Shown one piece after another: positions 28,264-37,771 of a stretch of 64,000 nucleotides of DNA; position 1 is the stretch's first letter, and the number at the start of each line of letters is the position of its first letter. The notes below the pieces were generated by a model. It was not told the origin of the DNA. It made no database searches and worked only from the letters and a program-made list of their open reading frames with translations. The translations under genes were made by a program, and so were the position numbers. This DNA is from Aquificaceae bacterium. GTDB lineage: Bacteria; Aquificota; Aquificia; Aquificales; Aquificaceae. The stretch spans positions 672,001 to 736,000 of the forward strand of contig JAXSNR010000001.1 of NCBI GenBank assembly GCA_037925075.1, read 5' to 3'.

Positions 28264-28695
28264 ATGAGCAAGAGCCTAAAAGGAACAAAGACCCTTGAGA
28301 ACCTTAAGCATGCCTTTGCGGGAGAATCCCAGGCAAACAGAAGGTACCTCTACTTTGCCAGAAAGGCGGACATTGAGGGCTATCCAGACATAGCCAACAT
28401 TTTCAGGGAAACCGCGGAAGGTGAAACAGGGCACGCCTTCGGGCACATTGAGTTTATGGAAAAGTACGGCGGTGGTGACCCTGCTACCAACATGCCCATA
28501 GGCACCATGGAACAGAACCTCGAAGCTGCAATAGCGGGAGAGACCTACGAGTACACGGAAATGTATCCCGGCTTTGCAAGAGTGGCAAGGGAAGAAGGCT
28601 TTGAGGACATAGCTGAATGGTTTGAAACCCTTGCAAGGGCGGAAAAGTCCCACGCAGGAAGGTTCCAAAAGGCTTTGGAGTCTCTTAAGGGATAA
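28264..28695 (+). CDS. Short rubrerythrin (no rubredoxin domain)
   Basis: AFAGES.AN.RY, ETGHA, GETYE..MYP, AEK.HA di-iron motifs; no C-terminal CxxC. Confidence 0.92.
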   Translation: MSKSLKGTKTLENLKHAFAGESQANRRYLYFARKADIEGYPDIANIFRETAEGETGHAFGHIEFMEKYGGGDPATNMPIGTMEQNLEAAIAGETYEYTEMYPGFARVAREEGFEDIAEWFETLARAEKSHAGRFQKALESLKG

Positions 28696-28708
28696 TCTCA
28701 AGTCCTCA

Positions 28709-28724
28709 GGGGGCGCCCGCCCCC
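28709..28724 (+). other. GC-rich intergenic hairpin GGGGGC-GCCC-GCCCCC
   Basis: Perfect 6-bp GC stem between rubrerythrin and the Fe-S oxidoreductase; weak U-tail. Confidence 0.55.
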
Positions 28725-28749
28725 AATTTAAAAACATAAGGAGTGTATC

Positions 28750-30039
28750 ATGCAAGAGCTTGCCCTCGGTGGAGTAAAGGATTTTGAGTTCAATATAAAG
28801 GACCCCAACTTCTTAAAGGAAGAAGCTTTATGGGAAGAGGCAAAAAGGGTATATTCCAAGTGTAAGGATTGTAGGATGTGCGTTACTTATTGTCCCTCTT
28901 TTCCTGCCCTTTTTGATGCGGTGGACAGACACGAGGATAATATTGAAAAGCTTACCAAAGAAGAGCTTGCTCTTCCCTTAGAGCTTTGTTTTCACTGCAA
29001 ACAGTGCTACTTTAAATGCCCTTACACACCACCTCACGAATGGAAAATAGATTTTCCCCACCTTTCCCTTAGGTACAAGGTTTGGAAGTTCAAAAACAAG
29101 GGAGCAAAGCTCACCGACAAGTTTATGCTAAACACAGACCTTGTGGGAAAGCTCTCTCTACCCTTTGCTCCCATAGTTAACAAGGTTAACAACATTCCAA
29201 TCTTCAGGGTGATCATGGAAGGACTTATGGGGGTGGACAGAAGGGCAAAACTTCCCACCATAAACTCAGAAACCTTTGTAAGCTGGTTTAAGAAAAACAG
29301 AAAGCCTGTTAAGGGAGAAAATGGTAAAGTTGCCCTCTTTTATACCTGTCTTCTTAACTACAACTACCTTGATAGGGGTAAAGCCTTAATCAAAGTCTTT
29401 GAGAAAAACCATATATATGTGGAGCTTCCAGAACAGCAGTGTTGTGGCATACCATTTTTTGACATAGGTGATATAGACTCAGCCATAGAAAAGGCTAAGT
29501 TTAACGTGCAAAGGCTAAAGCCCTACGTGGATGCGGGTTTTGATATAGTGGTCCCTGTGCCTACCTGTGCCTTGCAGATAAAGTACGAATATCCACTGCT
29601 TTTGCCCGACGATCCAGATGTGAAGGCGGTTTCCCAAAGGGTCTACGATGTGCATGAGTACCTTTTTAAGCTACATCAAGAAAAGAGGTTTAACAAAGAC
29701 TTTAAGGTTTCTTTGGGAAGCATAGCCTACCATATTCCCTGTCATCTCAAGTCTCTCAATGTGGGCTATAGAGCAATAGCACTCATGAGGCTTATACCTA
29801 ACACAAAGGTCCAAATCATAGAAAGGTGCTCAGGGCATGATGGCACCTTTGGTGTTCGTAAGGAAACCTTTGATATGTCTGTAAAGGTGGGTTCAAGGCT
29901 TTTTGAAGATATGAAAAACTCAGGTGCGGACCTTTATGTGTCCGACTGCCCGCTTTCAGGAAATCATATAGAGCTAATGACTGGCAAAAGGGTCTACCAC
30001 CCTCTTGAAGTGTTGGCAATGGCTTACGGAGAGGACTAA
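28750..30039 (+). CDS. Rubrerythrin-associated Fe-S oxidoreductase (GlpC/CCG-domain family)
   Basis: CKDCRMC...CP, CFHCKQC...CPY.PPHEW..DFP, two CCG domains. Confidence 0.87.
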   Translation: MQELALGGVKDFEFNIKDPNFLKEEALWEEAKRVYSKCKDCRMCVTYCPSFPALFDAVDRHEDNIEKLTKEELALPLELCFHCKQCYFKCPYTPPHEWKIDFPHLSLRYKVWKFKNKGAKLTDKFMLNTDLVGKLSLPFAPIVNKVNNIPIFRVIMEGLMGVDRRAKLPTINSETFVSWFKKNRKPVKGENGKVALFYTCLLNYNYLDRGKALIKVFEKNHIYVELPEQQCCGIPFFDIGDIDSAIEKAKFNVQRLKPYVDAGFDIVVPVPTCALQIKYEYPLLLPDDPDVKAVSQRVYDVHEYLFKLHQEKRFNKDFKVSLGSIAYHIPCHLKSLNVGYRAIALMRLIPNTKVQIIERCSGHDGTFGVRKETFDMSVKVGSRLFEDMKNSGADLYVSDCPLSGNHIELMTGKRVYHPLEVLAMAYGED

Positions 30040-30048
30040 AATTCTCCT

Positions 30049-30414
30049 GTGGAAAGAAAAAGGTACATTGAGGCTATTGGTAAAACCATAGAAAGGATAT
30101 TGGGGAGGGAATGCCTTATAGTCTTCTTTGGTTCTGTGCTAAGGGAGGATTTTGGTAGGACTTCAGACATAGATGTGGCTGTTTTCTGCTCTGAGCCTTT
30201 GACTTATAGGGAATACCTTAAAGTTCTTTTGGAGCTTGAGACCCTTCCCTTCCTTAGAGACATAGACCTTGTGGACCTGTGGCGCGTAAACTCCGCGGAT
30301 TTTTTGAGTAAAATAGTTGAGGAGGGGTACTTTTGGAAAAGCTCAGAAGGTCTTATAACGCTTTTGAAAGGGCGTTTAAAAGGTTTGAGGAGGTCAGAAA
30401 TCAAAACCTTATGA
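30049..30414 (+). CDS. Minimal nucleotidyltransferase (MNT antitoxin-like)
   Basis: FGS-x10-DID motif, IDLVD. Confidence 0.85.
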   Translation: MERKRYIEAIGKTIERILGRECLIVFFGSVLREDFGRTSDIDVAVFCSEPLTYREYLKVLLELETLPFLRDIDLVDLWRVNSADFLSKIVEEGYFWKSSEGLITLLKGRLKGLRRSEIKTL

Positions 30415-30611
30415 GCTTTTTCACGGAAGATTTTTACACGGAAATAGTGGTAAAACGTTTTGAATACCTTTATGAAGCCCTATGGAAGACTGCCAAGGAG
30501 TTTTTGAGGGTCAGGGGTATTGAATGCTACTCTCCAAGGTTAAGGGACAGGCTTTTGCAAGAGGATATATACAGGCTCTTTATGGAGCTACTTCTTAGGC
30601 TAAAGCCATGA
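30333..30611 (+). pseudogene. HEPN/HI0074-like nucleotidyltransferase substrate-binding protein with internal in-frame deletion
   Basis: KRFEYLYE.LWK..K.FL...G..CYSPR N-terminal half present; only 92 aa and no RN-x3-H-x-Y motif; SD GAGGAGG before TTG. Confidence 0.68.
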
Positions 30612-32320
30612 GGTTTTTTCCTTTGGGCATAGCCGGGCATGTGGACCATGGAAAGACCTCTCTTGTGAAGGCACTCACTTCCATAGACACGGACAGACTG
30701 CCGGAGGAAAAGAGAAGGGGTATGAGCATAGATATAGGCTTTGCCTTTCTGGACTTTCCGGAGAAAAATCTCAGGGTTGAGATAATAGACCTGCCTGGGC
30801 ATGAGAGGTTTGTAAAGAACGCCATATGTGGGCTTGCTCCCGTGTGGGGGCTTTTGCTGGTGGTGGATGTGGGTGAGGGTGTGATGCCACAAACTGTGGA
30901 ACACCTCAGGCTTGCAAAGAGCTTTGTGTTGCGGGAGTTAGTCCTTGCCCTTACCAAGATAGACAGGGTGGATGCACAGATCGTTGAGCTTGCAAAGGAG
31001 GAAGCCCTTGATATGCTTGCCTCTGAAGGTATGGAAGCTTTTGGGGTTTTTCCCGTTTCCGCCTTAAAAGGTGAAGGTCTTGAAAAACTTAAGGCTGGTA
31101 TAGGGGAGTATGCTAACAAACATATAAGGGATAGGGACAAGCACCTTTTTAGGTTTTTTGTGGATTCCGCCTTTAGTGTAAAGGGCTATGGGACGGTGGT
31201 AAGGGGTAGCTGTGTCTCTGGTAGCGTGGCTGAGGGGGATGTCCTTATTCTTGAGCCTCTTGGCAGGCCTTGTAGGGTTAGAAGGATGCAAAACCATGGA
31301 GTGTTTGTAAAAGAGGGAAGGGCCGGAGAAAGGTTAGCTTTAAACATTCCAGACCTTGAACCAAAAGAGGTGGAAAGGGGTTATTTTCTCGTAAAGGGCA
31401 TAAAAGCCTCCAATAGATTAATAGTGAAGATTGAAGGACAGATACCTAAAGGGGTTTCCTACCTTTTCCTTGGTATGCGTGAGGTCTCCTTCTTGCACAG
31501 ACACATGCATGAGGATTTTTATTTGCTTAGACTTTCAGAGGCTGTGCCTGCGGTCAGGGGCGATAGAGGACCGGTGCTAAGCTCCTCTGGGAAGCATGTG
31601 GGCTCATACGAGGTGGTCCATCCCCTGCCTGTGAGAAGCTCCAAGATGTTTATCAGGGAAAACCTAAGCCTTCTTTTGGAACATCCGGAGGAGTACCTTC
31701 TCCTTGAGAGAGCTACAAGGGGGCTTAGCCTTGAAGAGCTTTTTTCCTTCTACGGCTTAAAAGTCCAACCACCAAAATATCCAAAAGTGGGAGGGAAGTT
31801 TTACCATCCCGAGTTGTTAAAGGGTCTCTCTGAAAGGCTAAGAAGCCTTCTTTCCATGAAGGGTGGGGCTGTGCCCCTTTCTGAGGCTCTTTCTAAGCTG
31901 AAGGTCTCTCAGGACCTTCTTGGGCTTATACTTGAAAAAAGCGGTGATTTAAAAGTGGTTGAAGGCTACCTGCTGGATACAAAAAGGGCAAGGCTTGAGG
32001 AGTTAGAAGGCTACAGACAGCTTATGAACTTGCTCTCAGAAGGTATAAGGGAAGAGAGGGAGCTACACCCTTACAGGGAACATCTTTCCCTTGCGGTAAG
32101 AAGAGGTAAGGTTTATAGCCTTGGGGAATATCTTTATGTATCAAAGGACATGTTTGAAGAGTATGTAAAAAGGCTAAAAGGCTTGGGAAGAGAATTTACC
32201 ATTCAGCAGGCAAAGGAGACCCTCGGGCTTACCAGAAAGTATCTTATTCCTCTTTTGGAGCATATGGACAGGCTGGGTATAACCAGAAGGGAAGGGGAAA
32301 GGAGGGTTTTTCTAAGATGA
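30608..32320 (+). CDS. selB: Selenocysteine-specific elongation factor
   Basis: GHVDHGKT, DRLPEEK.RG.SID.GFA, DLPGHE, TKID; C-terminal TRKYLIPLLEH.D winged helix. Confidence 0.95.
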   Translation: MRFFPLGIAGHVDHGKTSLVKALTSIDTDRLPEEKRRGMSIDIGFAFLDFPEKNLRVEIIDLPGHERFVKNAICGLAPVWGLLLVVDVGEGVMPQTVEHLRLAKSFVLRELVLALTKIDRVDAQIVELAKEEALDMLASEGMEAFGVFPVSALKGEGLEKLKAGIGEYANKHIRDRDKHLFRFFVDSAFSVKGYGTVVRGSCVSGSVAEGDVLILEPLGRPCRVRRMQNHGVFVKEGRAGERLALNIPDLEPKEVERGYFLVKGIKASNRLIVKIEGQIPKGVSYLFLGMREVSFLHRHMHEDFYLLRLSEAVPAVRGDRGPVLSSSGKHVGSYEVVHPLPVRSSKMFIRENLSLLLEHPEEYLLLERATRGLSLEELFSFYGLKVQPPKYPKVGGKFYHPELLKGLSERLRSLLSMKGGAVPLSEALSKLKVSQDLLGLILEKSGDLKVVEGYLLDTKRARLEELEGYRQLMNLLSEGIREERELHPYREHLSLAVRRGKVYSLGEYLYVSKDMFEEYVKRLKGLGREFTIQQAKETLGLTRKYLIPLLEHMDRLGITRREGERRVFLR

Positions 32321-33654
32321 GCCTCCTTAGACATATACCGCAAGTCTCAAAGCTTTTAGAAGATTTCAAGGAATATCCTCAGGAGGTAGCAAAAAGGGCA
32401 ATAAGGGAGGTATTGCAAAGGGTCAGAGAGGAGATAAAAGAGGGCAAAAGAGAAAGCCTTGAGGACCTTAGAGAGCTTATAAAGAAAAGGATGGACCAGC
32501 TTATCACTACAAGCCTAAAAAGGGTGATAAACGCTACGGGGGTGGTCATAAACACAAACCTAGGTAGGTCTGTGCTTTCTGAAGAAGTGGCTGACTTTAT
32601 AAAGGAAATTGCGACGCATTACTCAAACCTTGAGTACGACCTTTCTAAGGGTAAAAGGGGTTCAAGGCTGAGCCATGTGGAGGGACTTTTAAGGGACCTT
32701 ACTGGTGCGGAAGATGTTCATGTGGTAAACAACAACGCGGGGGCTGTGTATCTTGTGCTGAACACCTTAGCCTTTGGTAAGGAGGTTATAGTCTCAAGGG
32801 GTGAGCTTGTGGAGATAGGAGGTAGCTTTCGCATTCCTGACATAATGAGAGCTTCCGGTGCAAGGCTTGTGGAGGTGGGAACTACCAACAGGACAAGGCT
32901 TTCCGACTACGAGAGAGCCATAAGCCCGGATACAGCCCTACTTATGAAGGTACACAGAAGCAACTTCTACATGGAGGGCTTTGTGGAGGAGGTAAAACCG
33001 GAAGAGCTTTTGAGCCTTGGACTACCCGTTTATTACGATATGGGAAGTGGAAGCCTTTTGAACCTAAAAGACTTAGGCATAAACACGCAGGAGCCAAGCT
33101 TTGAAGAAGGTATAAGAAAGGGAATGCATATAGTTTCCGGTAGCGGGGACAAGCTACTTGGAGGACCTCAAGCGGGCATTATACTGGGCAAAAGGGAGCT
33201 CATTGAAAGGATAAAGAAAAACCCAATGAGTAGGGCTTTGAGGATTGACAAGCTTACCCTTGCAGGGCTTGAGATGACCCTAAGGCTTTGCCTAAGAGGA
33301 GAATACAGGAAAATTCCCACACTAAGCATGCTTTTGCAAAAACCAGAGGATATTAGAAGGAGGGCTCTCAGGCTTATAAAAAGGCTTAGGTCTATGAAAG
33401 CCCTTGAGGTGCGACTCATAAAAGACCTTTCCCGATGTGGTGGGGGTGCTATGCCCGAGTTAAGCCTTGAAACCTATTGCCTTGCCCTTAAGCACAAAAG
33501 CCTAAGCACCGTGGAACTTGAGAGAAAACTCAGAAATGCGGAGCCACCCGTTATAGGAAGGATAAGGGACGATGTGGTGCTTTTGGACATGAGAACTGTG
33601 AATGACAGGGAGTTGATGGACCTTTTGAAGATTTTAAGGTCCTTGGAGGCTTGA
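32317..33654 (+). CDS. selA: L-seryl-tRNA(Sec) selenium transferase
   Basis: INATGVV.NTNLGR, SRGELVEIGGSFRIP, SGDKLLGGPQAG. Confidence 0.97.
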   Translation: MSLLRHIPQVSKLLEDFKEYPQEVAKRAIREVLQRVREEIKEGKRESLEDLRELIKKRMDQLITTSLKRVINATGVVINTNLGRSVLSEEVADFIKEIATHYSNLEYDLSKGKRGSRLSHVEGLLRDLTGAEDVHVVNNNAGAVYLVLNTLAFGKEVIVSRGELVEIGGSFRIPDIMRASGARLVEVGTTNRTRLSDYERAISPDTALLMKVHRSNFYMEGFVEEVKPEELLSLGLPVYYDMGSGSLLNLKDLGINTQEPSFEEGIRKGMHIVSGSGDKLLGGPQAGIILGKRELIERIKKNPMSRALRIDKLTLAGLEMTLRLCLRGEYRKIPTLSMLLQKPEDIRRRALRLIKRLRSMKALEVRLIKDLSRCGGGAMPELSLETYCLALKHKSLSTVELERKLRNAEPPVIGRIRDDVVLLDMRTVNDRELMDLLKILRSLEA

Positions 33655-33655
33655 T

Positions 33656-34213
33656 ATGCCATACTTTCCCATGTTTGTAAGTCTTGAGGGTAAAAGGGTG
33701 GTAGTGGTTGGTGGTGGAAAGGTCGCAAGCAGGAAGGTGGAAAAGCTTTTGCCCTTTGGTGCAAAGATAAGGGTCATAGCTCCAAGGGTTATGCCCTACC
33801 TTCAATCTCTCGCACAGGAAAAAAGAATAGAACTTTTCAAGAGAAGGGTAAGGCTGAAAGACCTCAAGGATGCCTTTATGGTTATAGTCGCGGTGGATAA
33901 CCTGAGGTTGCAGGAGAAAATATACAAATTCTGCCTTAGAAGGGGGATACACTGCAATGCGGTGGACAGTCCAGACTTTTGCACCTTCCTTTTCCCTGCA
34001 CTTATACTGAGGGGGGAGCTTGTTATTGGTGTTTCCACCTCAGGCAAGGCTCCTGCCCTTTCCGCTGGGATAAGGGAGCTTATTGAGAAAAACCTTCCAA
34101 AAGACCTTGAAAAGCTTTTTTCAGAGCTTGAGAAGTTAAGACAAAGCCTTCCAAAGGGCAAAGAAAGGCAAGAGATACTTACAAGCCTCGTCAGAGAGAG
34201 GCTTGGTTTGTAA
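33656..34213 (+). CDS. Precorrin-2 dehydrogenase / sirohydrochlorin ferrochelatase (CysG N-terminal, SirC-like)
   Basis: VVGGGKVA.RK, NAVD.P..C.F.FPA, STSGKAP. Confidence 0.9.
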   Translation: MPYFPMFVSLEGKRVVVVGGGKVASRKVEKLLPFGAKIRVIAPRVMPYLQSLAQEKRIELFKRRVRLKDLKDAFMVIVAVDNLRLQEKIYKFCLRRGIHCNAVDSPDFCTFLFPALILRGELVIGVSTSGKAPALSAGIRELIEKNLPKDLEKLFSELEKLRQSLPKGKERQEILTSLVRERLGL

Positions 34214-34294
34214 TTGATGGAAAGAGCTTACTTTTGAAGAGAGAAGGGATGTGGGACAAAAGGCTAAAGGCTTAGCTGTTTTATAATCTTTTCT

Positions 34295-35242
34295 GTGTGG
34301 GTTTTAGGTCAGCACGACGAACCATACAGAAGGCTTAGGAACTCCATTTTAAACCTCGTGGGAAATACACCACTTGTAAGGCTAAAAAGGGTTATCCCAT
34401 CTCACATCTCTCCAAGGGTGGAGATATACGCAAAGTTGGAAAGCTTTAATCCCGGAGGCTCTGTAAAGGATAGGCCCGCTTTAAGCATGTTTTTGGATGC
34501 AATGGAAAGGGGGCTTTTGAAGGAGGGTAAGGTGGTTATAGATGCCACCTCTGGCAATACGGGTATAGCCCTTGCCATGGTGGGTGCTTGTCTTGGTGTG
34601 CCCGTGGAGCTTGCCATGCCCGCCAACGTAAGCGAAGAGAGAAAGAGGATAATAAAAGCCTACGGAGCAAAGGTCTATTTCACAGACCCCCTCGAAGGCA
34701 CCGACGGTGCCATACTCTTTGTGAGGGAAAAGGTAAGCAAAGAGCCAGAAAGGTATCTCTACCTCGACCAGTACAACAACCCTGCCAACTGGAAGGCACA
34801 CTTTTACTCCACCGGAATAGAGATATGGAACCAGACGGGTGGTAGGATAACCCATCTTGTTGCGGGCATAGGCACAGGTGGTACCATAATGGGAACGGGA
34901 AGAAGGCTAAAGGTTTACAACTCTGATATTCAGATAATCGGCGTCCAGCCAGCCTATCCCTTTCATGGCATAGAAGGGCTAAAACATATAGAAAGCTCCA
35001 TAAAGCCCGGCATATTTGACGAAACCTTTTTAGACAGAACCATCTTTGTGGAAACGGAGTCTGCCTACGAGATGACAAAGAGGCTCGCTCGTGAGGAGGG
35101 CATTCTTGCAGGGCAGTCTTGCGGTGCAGCCTTGTATGCGACTATTCAGTTAGCACAGGAGTTAGAAGAGGGGGTGATAGTGGTTATTTTCCCCGATGGT
35201 GGAGAGAAGTATCTAACCACCGCACCCTACAGGGACCTTTGA
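34295..35242 (+). CDS. cysM: Cysteine synthase family PLP enzyme
   Basis: KLE..NPGGSVKDR, TSGNTG, GTGGT. Confidence 0.85.
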   Translation: MWVLGQHDEPYRRLRNSILNLVGNTPLVRLKRVIPSHISPRVEIYAKLESFNPGGSVKDRPALSMFLDAMERGLLKEGKVVIDATSGNTGIALAMVGACLGVPVELAMPANVSEERKRIIKAYGAKVYFTDPLEGTDGAILFVREKVSKEPERYLYLDQYNNPANWKAHFYSTGIEIWNQTGGRITHLVAGIGTGGTIMGTGRRLKVYNSDIQIIGVQPAYPFHGIEGLKHIESSIKPGIFDETFLDRTIFVETESAYEMTKRLAREEGILAGQSCGAALYATIQLAQELEEGVIVVIFPDGGEKYLTTAPYRDL

Positions 35243-35266
35243 CCTTTTTAAGCCCAATGATAAAAT
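35239..35266 (+). promoter_or_regulatory. Promoter TTGACC-16-(TG)TAAAAT, 6 nt before pheT ATG (leaderless)
   Basis: -35 at 35239-35244, extended -10 TGaTAAAAT at 35258-35266, no SD. Confidence 0.65.
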
Positions 35267-35272
35267 ATTTTT

Positions 35273-37576
35273 ATGAGAATCCCCTTTTCCTGGCTTTCGG
35301 AGTTTGTAGATATAGAAGGGCTTGAGCCTCACAGAGTTGCGGAAGAACTCACCCTAAAGAGCGTTGAAACCACCTTAAGCAGGTGGGAAGTAGACCTTGA
35401 CGGCGTAGTTTTTGCAAAGGTTGTGGAAAAAAGACAGCACCCTACAAAAAAACTCAATGTTTATAAAGCTCAAGTGGGTGAGGGACATTTTCTTCAAGTT
35501 GTTTCCGCGGATACGCGGATAAAGGAAGGTCAAGAAGTGCTTTTAGCCCTTCCCAACTCAAAGGTAGGTAGCATGTGCATAACACAAAGGGAGTTTGACG
35601 GTGTGGTTTCTCAAGGCATGTTTCTATCCGCAAAGGAGTTAGGGCTTGAAGACCAGTCGGAAGGTGTGCTTGTCTTTGATGAAGACATAAAGCCCGGCAC
35701 GTCCGCCTATGACCTTCTTGGCTTTGGAGAATACATACTTGAAATAGAACCTACGCCAAACAGAGGAGACCTTCTTTCTGTCAAGGGTCTTGCAAGGGAG
35801 ATATCCGCCATACTTGGGGCAAGAAAAAAGGACAGGAGCTATCCAGAATACGAAGAGCTTGGATCCATTGACATAAGGATTGAGTCTCCAGATTGCAAAA
35901 GATACAGGGGAGCTATCATAGAAGGCATAAGTGTAAAAGGCTCACCTCTATGGCTAAGAAGGAGGCTTTGGCAGTGCGGTATAAAGACCATAAACAATGT
36001 GGTGGATATAACCAACTACGTGATGCTTTTGGAAGGTCAGCCCTTGCATGCCTTTGACCTTAAGGACCTAAAGCTTCCCATCTTTGTCAGAGATGCCAAG
36101 GAAGGAGAGGTTATAACCACCCTTATGGGAACTGAAAAAGAGCTAAGCCATACCAACCTCCTTATAGCGGATATGGAAAAGCCTCTTGCCATAGCGGGTG
36201 TGGTGGGAGGGCTAAAAAGCTCAGTACAAGAAGATACACAAAGCATACTTCTTGAGTCCGCATACTTTGACCCCTACAGAATAAGAAGGTCCGCAAAAGC
36301 CCTAAGCCTTCAAACAGACAGCTCTTACAGGTTTGAAAGGAACGTGGATATAGAGGGAGTAAAGACCGCACAGAACTTAGCCATAAAGCTTATCCTTGAA
36401 CTGTCGGGTGGCAGGCTTACCGCCATCAGGGATGTTTATCCAAAGCCCTACGAGCCCAAAAGGGTATTTTTGAGTCTTGAGAAGTTTAGAAGATACTCGG
36501 ACAAAGACTTTGACAGACAAAGGATTTCACAAATCCTTAACAGCCTTGAGATACCTCATAAGCTTATGAGGTGTGGTGTGGAGGCTTTTATACCACCTCA
36601 CAGAAGCTTTGATATGCAGGGAGATGTGGATTTGATAGAGGAGCTTCTTAGGGTTGATGGCTACTCGCAGGTAGGTTCGCCAATCCTAAGGGTACCTGCA
36701 AAGCCCTCAGAGGTGGAAGGGCTGGCGGACAAGCTTAGAAGACTTATGGTAAGCAGGGGCTTTCATGAGGTTATAACCTTTTCCTTTGAAGATGCGGAGC
36801 TCTATGAGCTTCTATCCTTGCCTCTTCCCAAGTTGGAGATTGTAAACCCCCTTAACAGAAGCCAAAGGTTTATGAGAACCTCACTTTTGCCCTCCCTCTT
36901 GAGGGTTTGCCTTGAAAATGTGAGAAACTACAACCACAGCATGGCTATTTTTGAGGTGGGTAAGGTATTTCTGGAAGAGGAAGAGCTAAGGCTTGGCTTT
37001 CTTATGACCGGCTACAGAATTCTATTCCCAGAAGAAGAGTACTCACCCTATCATGGGCTAAGCCTTATTCAGGATATTTTGAGAAACCATACAGAGGACT
37101 TTAGTTCAGAAACCTCCACCATACCCTTTTTGCATCCCAAGGTGCAGAGAACTTTTTACTCAAAGGGTGAGGAAGTAGGGTATTTTGGTCTTCTTAGCCC
37201 TGTCCTTCAGGATAGGCTTGGTCTAAGGCATAAGGTTATCGTGGGTGAGTTAAGGCTGAGTCTTCTCAAAGAAAAGCTCAAAAGCTACAAACCCATAGCC
37301 CAGTATCCGCCTGTAATAAGGGATATCACCCTGCTTGTGGACAAAGAGTTGAGTCTGGATAAATTAATATCTCATATCAGAAAAAAGGATTTGGTGGAAG
37401 AGATGAAGGTGTTTAGCGTCTATACAGACCCAAAGTTTGGGGAAGGCAAGAAGAGCGTTAGCTTTAGGCTAACCTTTAGAAGCAGAGAAGGTACCCTCTC
37501 GGACCAGCAAGTTAACGGGGTTGTAGAAGAGTTAATTGCTGAGCTGGAAGAGAAGTTCGGGGCAAAGCTAAGATAG
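35273..37576 (+). CDS. pheT: Phenylalanyl-tRNA synthetase beta subunit
   Basis: TPNRGD.LS, NNVVDITNYV, GQPLHAFD, RFER, DLIEE, FDX-ACB C-terminus. Confidence 0.97.
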   Translation: MRIPFSWLSEFVDIEGLEPHRVAEELTLKSVETTLSRWEVDLDGVVFAKVVEKRQHPTKKLNVYKAQVGEGHFLQVVSADTRIKEGQEVLLALPNSKVGSMCITQREFDGVVSQGMFLSAKELGLEDQSEGVLVFDEDIKPGTSAYDLLGFGEYILEIEPTPNRGDLLSVKGLAREISAILGARKKDRSYPEYEELGSIDIRIESPDCKRYRGAIIEGISVKGSPLWLRRRLWQCGIKTINNVVDITNYVMLLEGQPLHAFDLKDLKLPIFVRDAKEGEVITTLMGTEKELSHTNLLIADMEKPLAIAGVVGGLKSSVQEDTQSILLESAYFDPYRIRRSAKALSLQTDSSYRFERNVDIEGVKTAQNLAIKLILELSGGRLTAIRDVYPKPYEPKRVFLSLEKFRRYSDKDFDRQRISQILNSLEIPHKLMRCGVEAFIPPHRSFDMQGDVDLIEELLRVDGYSQVGSPILRVPAKPSEVEGLADKLRRLMVSRGFHEVITFSFEDAELYELLSLPLPKLEIVNPLNRSQRFMRTSLLPSLLRVCLENVRNYNHSMAIFEVGKVFLEEEELRLGFLMTGYRILFPEEEYSPYHGLSLIQDILRNHTEDFSSETSTIPFLHPKVQRTFYSKGEEVGYFGLLSPVLQDRLGLRHKVIVGELRLSLLKEKLKSYKPIAQYPPVIRDITLLVDKELSLDKLISHIRKKDLVEEMKVFSVYTDPKFGEGKKSVSFRLTFRSREGTLSDQQVNGVVEELIAELEEKFGAKLR

Positions 37577-37740
37577 AGCCTGCCCTGTACGTGGTGAAGG
37601 AGTTTATATTGGGGTCCACATGGTGAGGCAATAGGGAGCCCGGTCTCCGGAACAGTCGGAAGGCTTTCCGGGAGGGCACCCACCTATTTTTTCTGGGGCC
37701 CACCAAAGGCTCCTTCCTCCACGGCATGGGCGGGGGTTTC
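37576..37740 (+). ncRNA. ssrS: 6S RNA
   Basis: Long rod: CCTGCCC/GGGCGGG, CGTGG/CCACG, GAAGGAGTTT/AGGCTCCTTC, GGGTCCA/TGGGGCCC, central bubble, apical CCCGG..CCGGG, GGGCACCCACC motif; directly upstream of 5-formyl-THF cyclo-ligase, the usual ssrS-ygfA synteny. Ends approximate. Confidence 0.82.
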
Positions 37741-37771
37741 TTGCCTTCCCCTCCTGAAAAGGAGGCGGAAG

